A stretch of DNA of 64,000 bases, from NCBI GenBank assembly GCA_030647485.1, contig JAUSJT010000001.1:76947-140946 (forward strand). Direction: 5' to 3'. The notes beneath the pieces were generated by a model. It was not told the DNA's origin, did not search any database, and was given only the letters and a program-made list of their open reading frames with translations. Numbering within the stretch: the stretch's first letter is position 1; every line of letters starts with the position of its first letter. Of this stretch, positions 27,421 through 37,610 are shown one piece after another. The DNA is from a bacterium. Its GTDB lineage: Bacteria > Patescibacteriota > Minisyncoccia > Minisyncoccales > UBA10102. The translations under genes were made by a program, and so were the position numbers.

Positions 27421-27657
27421 ATGGCACAACGCATCACTACCAACCCAAAGATATTAGCAGGAAAGCCGGTTATCAAGGGTACAAGAATACCGGTGTATTT
27501 AATTTTAAATCTTCTTGCAAACGGCTACACGTATGAGCGCATTATCAAAGCGTATCCTCGGTTGGAAAAACAGGATATTAAGGCAGCATTAGAATACGCA
27601 CAAGTACTCACGAAACGAGAAGAAGAGTTTGTAATTCCTCGGGTTGTTATGCAGTAA
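27421..27657 (+). CDS. DUF433 antitoxin-like protein
   Basis: RITTNPKILAGKPVIKGTRIPV..L..G...I..AYPRL..DIKAALEYA. Confidence 0.9.
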   Translation: MAQRITTNPKILAGKPVIKGTRIPVYLILNLLANGYTYERIIKAYPRLEKQDIKAALEYAQVLTKREEEFVIPRVVMQ

Positions 27658-27661
27658 GTGT

Positions 27662-28030
27662 ATGCCAAAGTTTCTTCTTGATGAGAATCTTTCTCATGAA
27701 ACCGCAGAATTTTTGAATTCGTTGGGCTACGACACAAAAATTGTAGCCCAATTTCGTTTAGACGGCGCAAATGATGAGAAAATAGCAGAAAAAGCCGCCA
27801 CAACAAGCCGTATTCTTATTACACTTGATCTTGACTTTGGCGAGATGTATTCTCTCGGTATTCAAAAGAATCTTGGAGTAGTGGTTTTGCGGCTTCGCAA
27901 TCAAACCGTGGAGTCCATCAATTTAGCGCTCAAGACACTTCTCGATTCGCAGATTCTGAAGCAAAAAGAGAACTACCGTGCTCTTATTATAGTTGAAGAA
28001 GGAAAAATTAGAATTCGCAAGAAATCCTAG
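27662..28030 (+). CDS. DUF5615 PIN-like toxin (VapC45-like)
   Basis: KFLLDENLS, GANDEKI, RILITLDLDFG, GVVVLRL; paired with DUF433. Confidence 0.85.
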   Translation: MPKFLLDENLSHETAEFLNSLGYDTKIVAQFRLDGANDEKIAEKAATTSRILITLDLDFGEMYSLGIQKNLGVVVLRLRNQTVESINLALKTLLDSQILKQKENYRALIIVEEGKIRIRKKS

Positions 28031-28052
28031 ATTGCCAAAAATCTGATAACGT

Positions 28053-28285
28053 ATCCGTATAAATCAGCAGTATCCGTATTAATCCGCGGCATATTGTTTT
28101 CCACAGGGCTGCGCCTTTACACCTGTGCTTGCAAAGAGGATAATAGATTAATTGGTCGCTATGACTTATAATTTTTTGCGTATCATTAGTTTTAACGTGC
28201 GCTCAAGCAGGGTCACTGTTTGAGTTTTCTTTCATTATAATAACGCCGATATCAGCATTAATCAGCTAAATCGGTATTAATCAGC
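28053..28285 (+). repeat. Two orphan 4x ATCnGY modules bracketing the promoter of the 28304 giant surface gene
   Basis: Units at 28053/28063/28072/28082 and 28251/28261/28270/28280. Confidence 0.85.
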
Positions 28286-28303
28286 GGTAAATTAAATAAA
28301 TAT

Positions 28304-31300
28304 ATGAAGACAAAAGTTTTTCAGAAAGTCGTCTCTATCACACTAAGCATCACAACCATTCTCTGGTCGTTTGGAGCGCCCCTCGGCGTTCTTTTTGCGC
28401 CCGGCACAGCGCGGGCTGCAGTAGCAATAGTTGTTAGCCCCGGCACAGTTAACGCGAACTTTCCGGGACCCATCATGGCAGGCTCAGCGGCAACTGCTGT
28501 TGCTAAGATTTCGGTTACGGCTTCTGTTATTAGTCAGACAGTACAAGCTGTAGCCGTGAACTTTTCTGGAACGGGATTCCTCACAACAGATTTGTTAGCA
28601 ATCGCGACAGGAGATACTTCTGGAGTCGCGCTTTATGAAGACACGGGGAATGTCGCAGGAACCTTTGTTGCCGGTTCTGACCCCGTGGTTACCTTGGCTG
28701 GCACTCCAAACTGGACGTCATCTACCACCAACATTACCTTAACGCCAGCTACCTCTGTCGCCTTGACAAGCACCGTAGCTAAGATTTTCTATATTGTTAT
28801 TAAAACGGCGGCACCTGGTACTCTTCTTAACGGAGACCAGATTGTTGCAACCATTCCGGCAGGCGGAGTTGTAACCACCGAAGGCGCCAATAGCAGTTCC
28901 GTTACCTTAACCCCGGTGATTGCGGATACTGTTGTCCCAACGATTTCAAGCGTTTCTGGATTTTCTGGCTCTACAACCGTTACGGTGAACTTTTCTGAAC
29001 CAGTGCAAAAGGTTGGAGGAGGAAACTTAGCGTTTGTGAGCGTGACCAACCCTCTCGACTATACTGACGGAGGGGGTACGGCGGAAGACATTGCTTCTGC
29101 AGGTATTGCGCATACCGCAGGCCAGCCCATGGCTACAATAACAATGGATGCAACCATTGACGCAGAAGATGTTGATGCAGGTCCTGCTACTATGGCCGCA
29201 GGATCAAACAATATTGCGGATATGGCAGGAAACGTTATGCTGACAACTCCCGCAAGAAACTTTAGCAGTCCCTTGACTATTACTACCGTTGTGGTTCCTA
29301 GTGCCATTGCTGGGGCATCGTACGCTTCAGAAAGTCCTCTTGTACAGTTTGCCGCGTCTGGTGGAACCGGATCTCCGTCCTTTACGGCAAATTCTGCCGG
29401 TGATACAGCAACTCTTTCGGCTCTTGCGTTAACATTAGGAACAGACGGAAAACTTACAACGGCAACAACATTGGCAAATACTCCGGGATCTTTCCAGGTT
29501 AATATCAAAGTTACCGCTGGTACTACTGCGACAAAACTTTTTACTATTAATGTTCAGCCAATAGGGGGAGGGGCTATTCCCGGCATTACGGGAGTTGCTC
29601 CTGCCGGAGCAGGCACGAGCTCAACACCGAGTATAGTCATTACAGGATCGAATACCACATTCACAAGCGCTTCAGTTGTGACTGTTAGCCTTCCTCCGGG
29701 ATCTGCTGACACCAACGGGATTACAGTTGGCGTCATTACGAGAAATAGCGCAACCTCCATTACGGCTCCTCTTACTATTGATTCTACTGCCACAGCAGGA
29801 TCCAGAGACGTGCGAGTGGTTACAGGCGCTGAAGTGGTGAATATGCCTGGCGGATTTGGCGTGTTTACCTCTGGAGGTTCTGGTTTGGGGCTTTTGCTTC
29901 CAACAGATGCCGCAACCAGTGTTCTCTTGCCAAGCCCGTCGTTTAACTTTACTCCGTCTTCCAACACAACAACTTTGAACAGCTACAGAATTACGGTTGC
30001 CTCAACCTCTGACTTTGCAACCAAGGTATGGGATTACACGTTTCCAAAGCCATCTGACGGTTCAAATACAAACGGAAGCCACTGCAGCTCTACTGGATGC
30101 AACGTGAACTACGGGGCAGGAACATTCTTGATTTTAACCCAGCCCGTATCGCTTACCCCAAACACCACTTATTATTGGAAGGTGAGCACGTATGCTGAAG
30201 CTACAGGTTCTGTGAGCGCGGCTCCAGTTGCCTTGGAAACAACGGGTATGCGTAGTCTTACCACCACGGCATCTGTTTCAGACAGCACGCCCCCAACCAT
30301 TATGCATAGGCCAGTGTTCCAAGCAAAGGCAAGCACAAACCTTGTTATGTTTGCCCGCGTGATGGACAATCTTGCAACCAGTACCAGCACCCCTGCCTTA
30401 ACCACAAAGATTATCTATTGCCCAGGATCTGGTTGTACTCCTACCACGAGCACCGGGCAGGCAAACGGTTCTTCTGTGGGGGCCGGGTATTTTAGCTACA
30501 CCATTCCTTCTGCAACCATTAGTACCGCAGGCACCATTGTGCGCTACTACTTGCAGGCATCAGACGGAACAACAAACCCGCAGAACTTTTATCAGACAGG
30601 AACCACGCCGTTTCAGTTAACTTCAGTAGCCGCGGCTGAAGGATCGGTCACCATTACAGGAACCGTGAAAGATTCAACAAATACGTGCGCTACAGCGGTG
30701 CAATCTGCCCGTGTGTTTGCGGAGGGAACTGGATTTTCTGCTACCACCGATGGGAGTTGCGCCTTTACCTTGGGTGGCGCATCGCCAAACGGCTTATTCA
30801 CAGGAACCTATGATTTGGTTGCGTTAAAAGACGGGTATGGAAACAGGACTATTGACGGTATACCCGCAGGAGCAACCTCTATTCCATTTCAGCTTACTTC
30901 GGGAGCAGGCGGCGGCTTTGGAGGAGACACCACAAAGCCGACAGTGCGCTTTACCATGCCAGGCAATGATATGACCAATATGCCTGGAGGAGACAGCAAT
31001 ATGAAAATAGTGGTGGTGTTCTCAAAGACAATGAGCCAATCGTCTATAACCTCCACGAATCTTACGGTGAATGACGCCACAACAGGATCGTTAGTTCCTA
31101 TCACCGCAAATGGCTCTTGGATATATTATTCAACCGCTCCCACAAACACTCCAATGATTCCGCCTGAAGCAAATATGGCAGTATGGTCTTTAACATCCCC
31201 CAATACCTTGGGAAACAATAAGACCATTGCGGTTGTTGTTACCTCAAACGTAACAGACACAGCCGGGAACTCGGTGCAGGGCAACCAATCAGACGGAAGC

Positions 31301-34300
31301 TACGCGTTTTCCTTTACAACGTCAAATTCAACATTTACCGGGACTTTGTCTGGCACGCAATCGTTTGGGCAGGGAGCGTTTATGCCGCCTCGTGTTATAG
31401 GAACTACGCCTACTCCGGGATCATCTAGCGCGCCCACAAACACGAAAGTGGTTATAAACTTTTCCGATCCAATGGCAGATGATTCGGGAACGTATGTTCT
31501 TAAGAATTACGTGAAGCTTTTCACGGTGTCTGGTACCACGGAAACCGATGTGTCTTCAAGCGCCATTGATACTGTTACTCTTAGCACTTCAAAGCTTTCT
31601 GCCGTTGTTACCTTAAAGAGCACCTATAATTCAGGAGCGTTTGCGGCAAGTACAAAATATAGGGTGAAAGCGTTGGGAGGAGCAAAGGGAAGCAGTGGCA
31701 TGACACTTGGTATCCCTGGGCAAGAAAGCAGCGTGTTTTATACGCTTGAATTTACCACAGGTACAGGGGGAGATACCGCAGCTCCAACCGTTGTGGGATC
31801 GTATCCAAGCAATGGTGATGCTGGCGTGCAGGTGAACGTGGGAGCGATGAATGTTGGATTTAGCAAGGATATGGATCCTTCCACTATTTCTACATCTACC
31901 ATTACACTTACGGTAGGAAGCACTTCTGTGAATGGAACAGTAGAATATCGCCCGTTGGAGCGCATGGCATACTTTTTGCCCAGATCAGTTTTGAACGCAA
32001 ACACCGCATACACGCTTACCGTTACAACTGGAGTGACGGGATTGAATGGCACTCCGCTAGGAACTGCAGTAACAAAAACATTCACCACTGGATCTGCAGA
32101 CTCAATTGTTCCTGCAATGTCGTTTATGAACGCAGATGACTTTGGAATTGCCCTTACCTTTTCTGAACCAATGAATGCCGCAAAAGCGACTGATACCATG
32201 AACTGGGCAACATCTGTGTTGAATCCTTTGGCGTACAACGTGATTAAGTATGGATCAGTAGCGTTTGACCCTGCAAGCGTAGGCACTGCAGTTTCTCTTG
32301 CCAGCGCAACCTTCTCCTATGATACAACGTCAAGCACTGTGCTTATTAAGGGTTTGGCCATTGCAGCTGCTATTGGCCAAGAGTTGTATCTTTCTATGGA
32401 TGTATCCCCAAGCAGCAATTCTGCAAAAGATCTTTCTGCCAATGTAATCACCTCTGCGGGGAATACTAGCCGAACTACTATTGGAAACAGCTTAACCACA
32501 AAGGGATCTTTGGGGCCAATGGCAACAACAACAGACGCGTTTTCTGGAGGAGGAACGTTTATACCAACGAACTTTTCTTCCACTACCTTTGGGTTTGCTC
32601 CTCCTGTTAACGTGATGCCAAGAAATATGATGGCGGGTAAGACCACGACTTATATGGTTATGGTGCCCATTTCAAAGCAAATTCCAATTTCTGGAACCAT
32701 TGTGTTAACTTTTCCAACCGGTTTTGACGTTACTGCGGCCCAGCAGGATCTAAACAGCCCCATGAGGACTGACTTGAATGGTCCTGGGACCGGAACCCCA
32801 ACATTTAAATGCACGACCAATGTTGCAGGAGGAAAGTCTTGCGCTGGCGGAGCTACCGTTACAGGCGATACATCATCAGGAGATGACGCAACAAAAGGAG
32901 GTCTCGCAGATGACGGAGTTGTGGTGAATACGCCAGCCCGCACGGTTACCGTGAATCTTTCTTCTGCAACAAATAGTGGAGGCAACGATTTCTTGAACAT
33001 TGATATTGCAGGCATTGTGAACTCTTCGGTTCCCAAGGACTTTAACACTGCAGGATACACCGTTGATATTAAGACCAAGAACGGAGCTACGGTGCTTGAA
33101 TCATTGACTTCAATGCCATTCTTTATTCAGACAGCAGGAAGTTATACCTTGTCTGGAACAATTACTGCTACGGGCGCGACCGGCCTTACCGCAAAGGTAT
33201 ACTTAATGTCTCCAATGACGGGTCCCACTGAAACCACATCAGGTACTTTTGCAGCAAATGCCGGAGCGTATAGTTTTACCGCATTGCCAGCAGGGGAGTA
33301 TATGCTATTTACCGACCAGACCGTTACCTTGACAGGAGGGGAGTTTACCGGCAAGACCGCGCCAGAACGAGTTGTTATCAGCGAAGCAACAGACCTTGCT
33401 TCAGATACGGTAAACAACGACGTTATTGATTACGATTTTACGCTTGCCAACAACGCTTCTACTAACGATGCAACCGTTTTGGTTGATATTACTGGAACCG
33501 TCGGCGAGTTATTAGATGTTTTTGCGGGTTCTTCTATGGGAACAGGGTTTAAGGTGAAACAAGTAACATTGGATACAAGCCCCAAGACCGTTACTCTTAG
33601 ACTTGCAGTTGGAAAATGGTTTGTGGGAGTGGGGCCGCAAATGCCAAAGGGCCCAATGGGAGGGCCTCCTCCGGCTCCAAACTATATTATGCCAAGGCCT
33701 TTGGACATTACCGTTGTTACCATTTCCCCAGATACATTTGTGGAGAATAGCGGAACTGCAAACAACGGTACTTTGGCGTTTACTCTTACTTCTGCGACAA
33801 AATCCATTCAGGGATTGGTAAAAGACGGGTCGGGCAAGGTTATGGCAAATGCCGAGGTGTACGCGTATTCTCCGCAGGGAGGGTTTGGCACGCACGCTAA
33901 TACAGATACAGCTGGCGCGTTTACCTTAAGCGTTGTGGACGGTTCCTACATTGTTGGTTCGTTTATCCCAGGTATGCCTCCTTCAAAAGAAGTGCCTGTT
34001 GTGGTAACGTCTCATAGCACCCAGTATCTCTTAATTGACGGTGCAACCACTACTATAACTCCTGCAACCGCCGCAACCACATTTGTCTTAAAAGTGGCAA
34101 AACCCGATTATACTATTTCAGGCAAGGTGACAGACGGAACCAATACAGTGCAAGGAGCTTCGGTGTTTGCATACCGCACTGACGGGCCAGGGTTTGCAAA
34201 CGCAAACACAGATTCTGCTGGAACCTACACGTTGTATGTTTCCAATGGAACTTGGAAGGTAGGGTCGTTCTTGCCCCAGTACGGAAACTTGACAGAACAA

Positions 34301-36883
34301 ACTATCACGGTTTTGAACGCAAGCCAAAGCAACGTGAACTTTACGCCTACTGGAACAGGGACCTTTTACACGGTGTCTGGTAGGGTGTACCAAGACATTA
34401 CCGTTGGAGGCGGATTTAACGGGTCAGACGTTGCCATTCAAGGATCGTTTGTGAGAATATCAGGGAACAGCACTTCCAACGAAGCCATCACCGGAGCTGA
34501 CGGAACCTACAGTGTGAAAGTGCCCTCAGGTACAGGGTATACCATAAAGGCATCCGCTCCTGGTATTGGAGAACTAGCAGGGCTTTCTGGAGTAAGCGTT
34601 TTAGCAGACACTGCGAATCAAGACATTACATTGACAGTTCCCCGAACCATTACCATCACATTAAGCACGTCTGTTGCAGAGGCATTTATAGAATTGTTCT
34701 CATCTACGGGAGTGGGCGGCAGGGTTGTAATTAAGAACACCACGACCGGAATCTTGAGCGTGCCAAACGGAGACTACAGCGTGAATGTGCAGATGCCAGG
34801 AGTTGTTTTGACAAGCACTGCTATTGCCGCAACTACCGGAGATACTGTGTATAGCAATACTACAGGAATTGTGGCTGTGAACGGCGCTGAAGGATTAACC
34901 GTAACCGTGCCTACCTTGAGAACCGTATCTGGAACGGTCACAGACGGATCTGCCGCGGTTGCAGACGCATGGGTTGAAATTGCTGACTCTTCCAACGGAG
35001 CGCGCACAGGAGTAAAAGCAGGATCTGACGGGACATTCACCCTGAAAGTCACAAATTCTGCAACCGCCTACAAGATAAACGCAATGAAACCAGGGTACTT
35101 TAGGGATGCAACTTCTATAACCGTGACTTCGGCGGTGGCGAATGCAACTTTGACAGGTCTAACCATTGCCATGTCAGCTTCCACTCTTTCCATTACAGGC
35201 ACGGTCTACATCGGTTCAACAGGTGCGGCGAACGCTTTTGTGCGGGCAGAAAAGCAGGGAGGAGGATTTTCGGGAACGCAGGCTGATGCAACCGGAGCAT
35301 ATACCTTGCCGGTCAACGCAGGCACATGGAGGGTATATGGAGTTGCAGATGGATACGCCGAAGCTGCAGCCGCTAGCGCGGTTGTTATTGCTTCCTCTTC
35401 TCAAAGCGGAGTGAATATTACGGTGAGTACCACGGTTTCTTTGGCAGCTCCAAAGTCCAAGCCCATGATACCTGCTTCTGGAGGAACGCTTGAAGACGCA
35501 ACATCTGGAATAAAGATTACTGTTCCAGAAAAAGCTTTAGGTTCTTCTATGTCTGCCGGGAATATTCAGGCAAAACAGACCAATAACGTGAGGTCTACTT
35601 CAACTTCAAAGCCAGTGGGAGGAAAGGCGCAAGAGATTAAGGCAATTGATTCTGATAACAATGCGATCACAACGCTCCCGCTTCCTGTCACAGTTGAAAT
35701 GACCTTGACCTTGGCGGAAATGGTAGCTACTGTTTCTTCGAGCGATTCTTCAATTAACACCCTGGCTGAAGCAGATACCTTGAAAATGGGATATTGGGAT
35801 GATAGCGCGCAGTCATGGATAACGCTTGCTTCCACAATAACGTACAAGAATTCTGCTGGTACGGTGATTACAGATGAAACAACCATTGATACGGCAGCCG
35901 AGTTTAGCGCAACCGTGGCAACCGCAACAGTGTCTGCGAGCACAGATCACTTCTCTCTGTATGCTCCTATTTCGTCAGTTGGTTCTGCCCCTCCAGCAAC
36001 TCCAACAGGATTGGCTGCAGTGACCGGAGGCCAAACGCAAATAAATCTTTCCTGGACCGCGGTCACTTCTGATCCTGCTGCAACGGGATATGATATTTAC
36101 CGAAGCGCCACCTCTGGGGGAACATATGATCGCGTGGGATCTGAACCAACAGTGTCTTCTGGGTCTACTACCGCGTTTTCTGACACCGGGTTGTCTAGCG
36201 GAGTCACGTACTTCTATAAGATAAGCGCCGTGAACGCATCAGGAGAGTCTGCTTCTTCTAGCGCGGTTTCAACAGCAACCAGTACTGCTGGCGCAGGAGC
36301 TACTGGAGGTTCATCATCTACGTCTATCACAACGCCAGTAACCACACCGACTACGCCAACCATAACAACCACAACACCGACTACTACTCCAACAATTCCA
36401 ACCCCAACCCCAGCCACAACTACCACTCCAACAACGTTACAGCTCATTGCAATCCCAGCAGTTCCTGCTAACCCAACTACAGCTCAAGTTCAGGCGGCGA
36501 TTGTCGCAATTCTGAACAACATCAGCTACTTAAGAGCCCAGTTGGCCATACTCATAGCAACGGAACAGCCAGGATCAAAAGACGTGCCTCCGCATTGCCG
36601 CGGCATTGTATTCTCCAATGCTCTGAAAGTTGGAAGCACGGGAAATGAGGTGAAGTGCTTGCAAGCGTTGTTGAACCAGGATACTAGTACCAAGGTTACT
36701 TCTTCTGGAGTAGGTTCTCCTGGCAACGAGACCACACTCTTTGGCTCATTAACCAAGGCAGCAGTCGTGAAATTCCAAGAGAAGTACGCCTCAAGTATTC
36801 TGACTCCATCTGGCTTAACCGCTGGCACTGGAATCATTGGGCCAGCCACCAGAGCAAAACTCAACGCCCTGCTCGGCAAGTAA
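28304..36883 (+). CDS. Giant (2859 aa) secreted surface protein: Ig-like (Big_5-like), carboxypeptidase-regulatory-like repeats, FN3, C-terminal PG-binding-like domain
   Basis: DTT.P.V.. and V.FS.PM motifs, repeated ISG.V.D...V.GA.V.A..G.Y.L motifs, PATPTGL..INLSW..YDIYR..YFYKISAVN FN3, same C-terminal domain as 25717. Confidence 0.8.
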   Translation: MKTKVFQKVVSITLSITTILWSFGAPLGVLFAPGTARAAVAIVVSPGTVNANFPGPIMAGSAATAVAKISVTASVISQTVQAVAVNFSGTGFLTTDLLAIATGDTSGVALYEDTGNVAGTFVAGSDPVVTLAGTPNWTSSTTNITLTPATSVALTSTVAKIFYIVIKTAAPGTLLNGDQIVATIPAGGVVTTEGANSSSVTLTPVIADTVVPTISSVSGFSGSTTVTVNFSEPVQKVGGGNLAFVSVTNPLDYTDGGGTAEDIASAGIAHTAGQPMATITMDATIDAEDVDAGPATMAAGSNNIADMAGNVMLTTPARNFSSPLTITTVVVPSAIAGASYASESPLVQFAASGGTGSPSFTANSAGDTATLSALALTLGTDGKLTTATTLANTPGSFQVNIKVTAGTTATKLFTINVQPIGGGAIPGITGVAPAGAGTSSTPSIVITGSNTTFTSASVVTVSLPPGSADTNGITVGVITRNSATSITAPLTIDSTATAGSRDVRVVTGAEVVNMPGGFGVFTSGGSGLGLLLPTDAATSVLLPSPSFNFTPSSNTTTLNSYRITVASTSDFATKVWDYTFPKPSDGSNTNGSHCSSTGCNVNYGAGTFLILTQPVSLTPNTTYYWKVSTYAEATGSVSAAPVALETTGMRSLTTTASVSDSTPPTIMHRPVFQAKASTNLVMFARVMDNLATSTSTPALTTKIIYCPGSGCTPTTSTGQANGSSVGAGYFSYTIPSATISTAGTIVRYYLQASDGTTNPQNFYQTGTTPFQLTSVAAAEGSVTITGTVKDSTNTCATAVQSARVFAEGTGFSATTDGSCAFTLGGASPNGLFTGTYDLVALKDGYGNRTIDGIPAGATSIPFQLTSGAGGGFGGDTTKPTVRFTMPGNDMTNMPGGDSNMKIVVVFSKTMSQSSITSTNLTVNDATTGSLVPITANGSWIYYSTAPTNTPMIPPEANMAVWSLTSPNTLGNNKTIAVVVTSNVTDTAGNSVQGNQSDGSYAFSFTTSNSTFTGTLSGTQSFGQGAFMPPRVIGTTPTPGSSSAPTNTKVVINFSDPMADDSGTYVLKNYVKLFTVSGTTETDVSSSAIDTVTLSTSKLSAVVTLKSTYNSGAFAASTKYRVKALGGAKGSSGMTLGIPGQESSVFYTLEFTTGTGGDTAAPTVVGSYPSNGDAGVQVNVGAMNVGFSKDMDPSTISTSTITLTVGSTSVNGTVEYRPLERMAYFLPRSVLNANTAYTLTVTTGVTGLNGTPLGTAVTKTFTTGSADSIVPAMSFMNADDFGIALTFSEPMNAAKATDTMNWATSVLNPLAYNVIKYGSVAFDPASVGTAVSLASATFSYDTTSSTVLIKGLAIAAAIGQELYLSMDVSPSSNSAKDLSANVITSAGNTSRTTIGNSLTTKGSLGPMATTTDAFSGGGTFIPTNFSSTTFGFAPPVNVMPRNMMAGKTTTYMVMVPISKQIPISGTIVLTFPTGFDVTAAQQDLNSPMRTDLNGPGTGTPTFKCTTNVAGGKSCAGGATVTGDTSSGDDATKGGLADDGVVVNTPARTVTVNLSSATNSGGNDFLNIDIAGIVNSSVPKDFNTAGYTVDIKTKNGATVLESLTSMPFFIQTAGSYTLSGTITATGATGLTAKVYLMSPMTGPTETTSGTFAANAGAYSFTALPAGEYMLFTDQTVTLTGGEFTGKTAPERVVISEATDLASDTVNNDVIDYDFTLANNASTNDATVLVDITGTVGELLDVFAGSSMGTGFKVKQVTLDTSPKTVTLRLAVGKWFVGVGPQMPKGPMGGPPPAPNYIMPRPLDITVVTISPDTFVENSGTANNGTLAFTLTSATKSIQGLVKDGSGKVMANAEVYAYSPQGGFGTHANTDTAGAFTLSVVDGSYIVGSFIPGMPPSKEVPVVVTSHSTQYLLIDGATTTITPATAATTFVLKVAKPDYTISGKVTDGTNTVQGASVFAYRTDGPGFANANTDSAGTYTLYVSNGTWKVGSFLPQYGNLTEQTITVLNASQSNVNFTPTGTGTFYTVSGRVYQDITVGGGFNGSDVAIQGSFVRISGNSTSNEAITGADGTYSVKVPSGTGYTIKASAPGIGELAGLSGVSVLADTANQDITLTVPRTITITLSTSVAEAFIELFSSTGVGGRVVIKNTTTGILSVPNGDYSVNVQMPGVVLTSTAIAATTGDTVYSNTTGIVAVNGAEGLTVTVPTLRTVSGTVTDGSAAVADAWVEIADSSNGARTGVKAGSDGTFTLKVTNSATAYKINAMKPGYFRDATSITVTSAVANATLTGLTIAMSASTLSITGTVYIGSTGAANAFVRAEKQGGGFSGTQADATGAYTLPVNAGTWRVYGVADGYAEAAAASAVVIASSSQSGVNITVSTTVSLAAPKSKPMIPASGGTLEDATSGIKITVPEKALGSSMSAGNIQAKQTNNVRSTSTSKPVGGKAQEIKAIDSDNNAITTLPLPVTVEMTLTLAEMVATVSSSDSSINTLAEADTLKMGYWDDSAQSWITLASTITYKNSAGTVITDETTIDTAAEFSATVATATVSASTDHFSLYAPISSVGSAPPATPTGLAAVTGGQTQINLSWTAVTSDPAATGYDIYRSATSGGTYDRVGSEPTVSSGSTTAFSDTGLSSGVTYFYKISAVNASGESASSSAVSTATSTAGAGATGGSSSTSITTPVTTPTTPTITTTTPTTTPTIPTPTPATTTTPTTLQLIAIPAVPANPTTAQVQAAIVAILNNISYLRAQLAILIATEQPGSKDVPPHCRGIVFSNALKVGSTGNEVKCLQALLNQDTSTKVTSSGVGSPGNETTLFGSLTKAAVVKFQEKYASSILTPSGLTAGTGIIGPATRAKLNALLGK

Positions 36884-36886
36884 TTC

Positions 36887-36926
36887 CTTAGCTAAGCTAA
36901 GTTATCCACACCTTAGCTAAGCTAAG
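36887..36926. repeat. Two CTTAG-N5-CTAAG palindromes bracketing a DnaA box (TTATCCACA 36902-36910)
   Basis: CCTTAGCTAAGCTAAG-TTATCCACA-CCTTAGCTAAGCTAAG. Confidence 0.8.
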
Positions 36927-36980
36927 TTTTGCCAAGAGTCCCGCTTGTGCGGGGCTTTTGGTTTTGGTATAGTGGAACAT

Positions 36981-37610
36981 ATGCAAAGGATTCTCTTATT
37001 GTTTAAAAATCCAGCAGTTGTTGTCTTCTTATTTGCCGTTGCGGGCATTGGTGCATTTTTTGGCATTCAATACGTGCAAGACCAGAAAGAATTGCGGTAT
37101 TTTGAAGGGCTGGCTGCCAAGCGTTCTGACGGGTCGCAGTTTGTTGAACAACTTCTCAAAGCAAGGAAGGACCTGAAAGATAGTAATAAAGACAATGATT
37201 TTGCCGCCTATGCGAACATTGGGGTGAATCTGAATATCTTTGGGGAAAAGGCAGAAGCGTTGCAGTGGTATGGGAAAGCGCTTCTCATAGATCCCGAGAG
37301 CCTCCTTGTTTTGAATAATGTGGCAGACATATACTCTGACCTTGGCCAGTATGACAAGGCAGAACAGAATTGGCTGAAACTCACAGAGCTATATCCCGAC
37401 AAAACCATGTTTTACCGTTCGCTCGGGTATTTATACTGGTACCGCATGCAAAAGAGCCCCCAAGACATTGAAGCATTGTTCAAGAAGGGGCTGGCAGCGA
37501 CGAATAACAATGCCGATCTTCTCACATGGCTTATTTCCTATTTCTCTGAAACAGGAAACAACGTAAAGTTCGCAGAATATGCCAATCTTCTCAATGCAGG
37601 AAAGAAGTAA
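36981..37610 (+). CDS. Membrane-anchored TPR protein
   Basis: TM helix then TPR motifs (AYANIG..A...YGKALLIDPE..LNNVADIY..LGQYDKAE). Confidence 0.8.
   Translation: MQRILLLFKNPAVVVFLFAVAGIGAFFGIQYVQDQKELRYFEGLAAKRSDGSQFVEQLLKARKDLKDSNKDNDFAAYANIGVNLNIFGEKAEALQWYGKALLIDPESLLVLNNVADIYSDLGQYDKAEQNWLKLTELYPDKTMFYRSLGYLYWYRMQKSPQDIEALFKKGLAATNNNADLLTWLISYFSETGNNVKFAEYANLLNAGKK

Noticed and set aside
20240..36778. Diversity-generating retroelement TR/VR pairs among the near-identical repeats
   Set aside because: No reverse transcriptase in the window, and the differences are too few or not adenine-specific.
15641..36879. Many long minus-strand ORFs within the giant surface genes
   Set aside because: Antisense shadows of stop-poor Thr/Ala/Gly/Val codon usage; the + strand frames carry signal peptides and recognisable domains.
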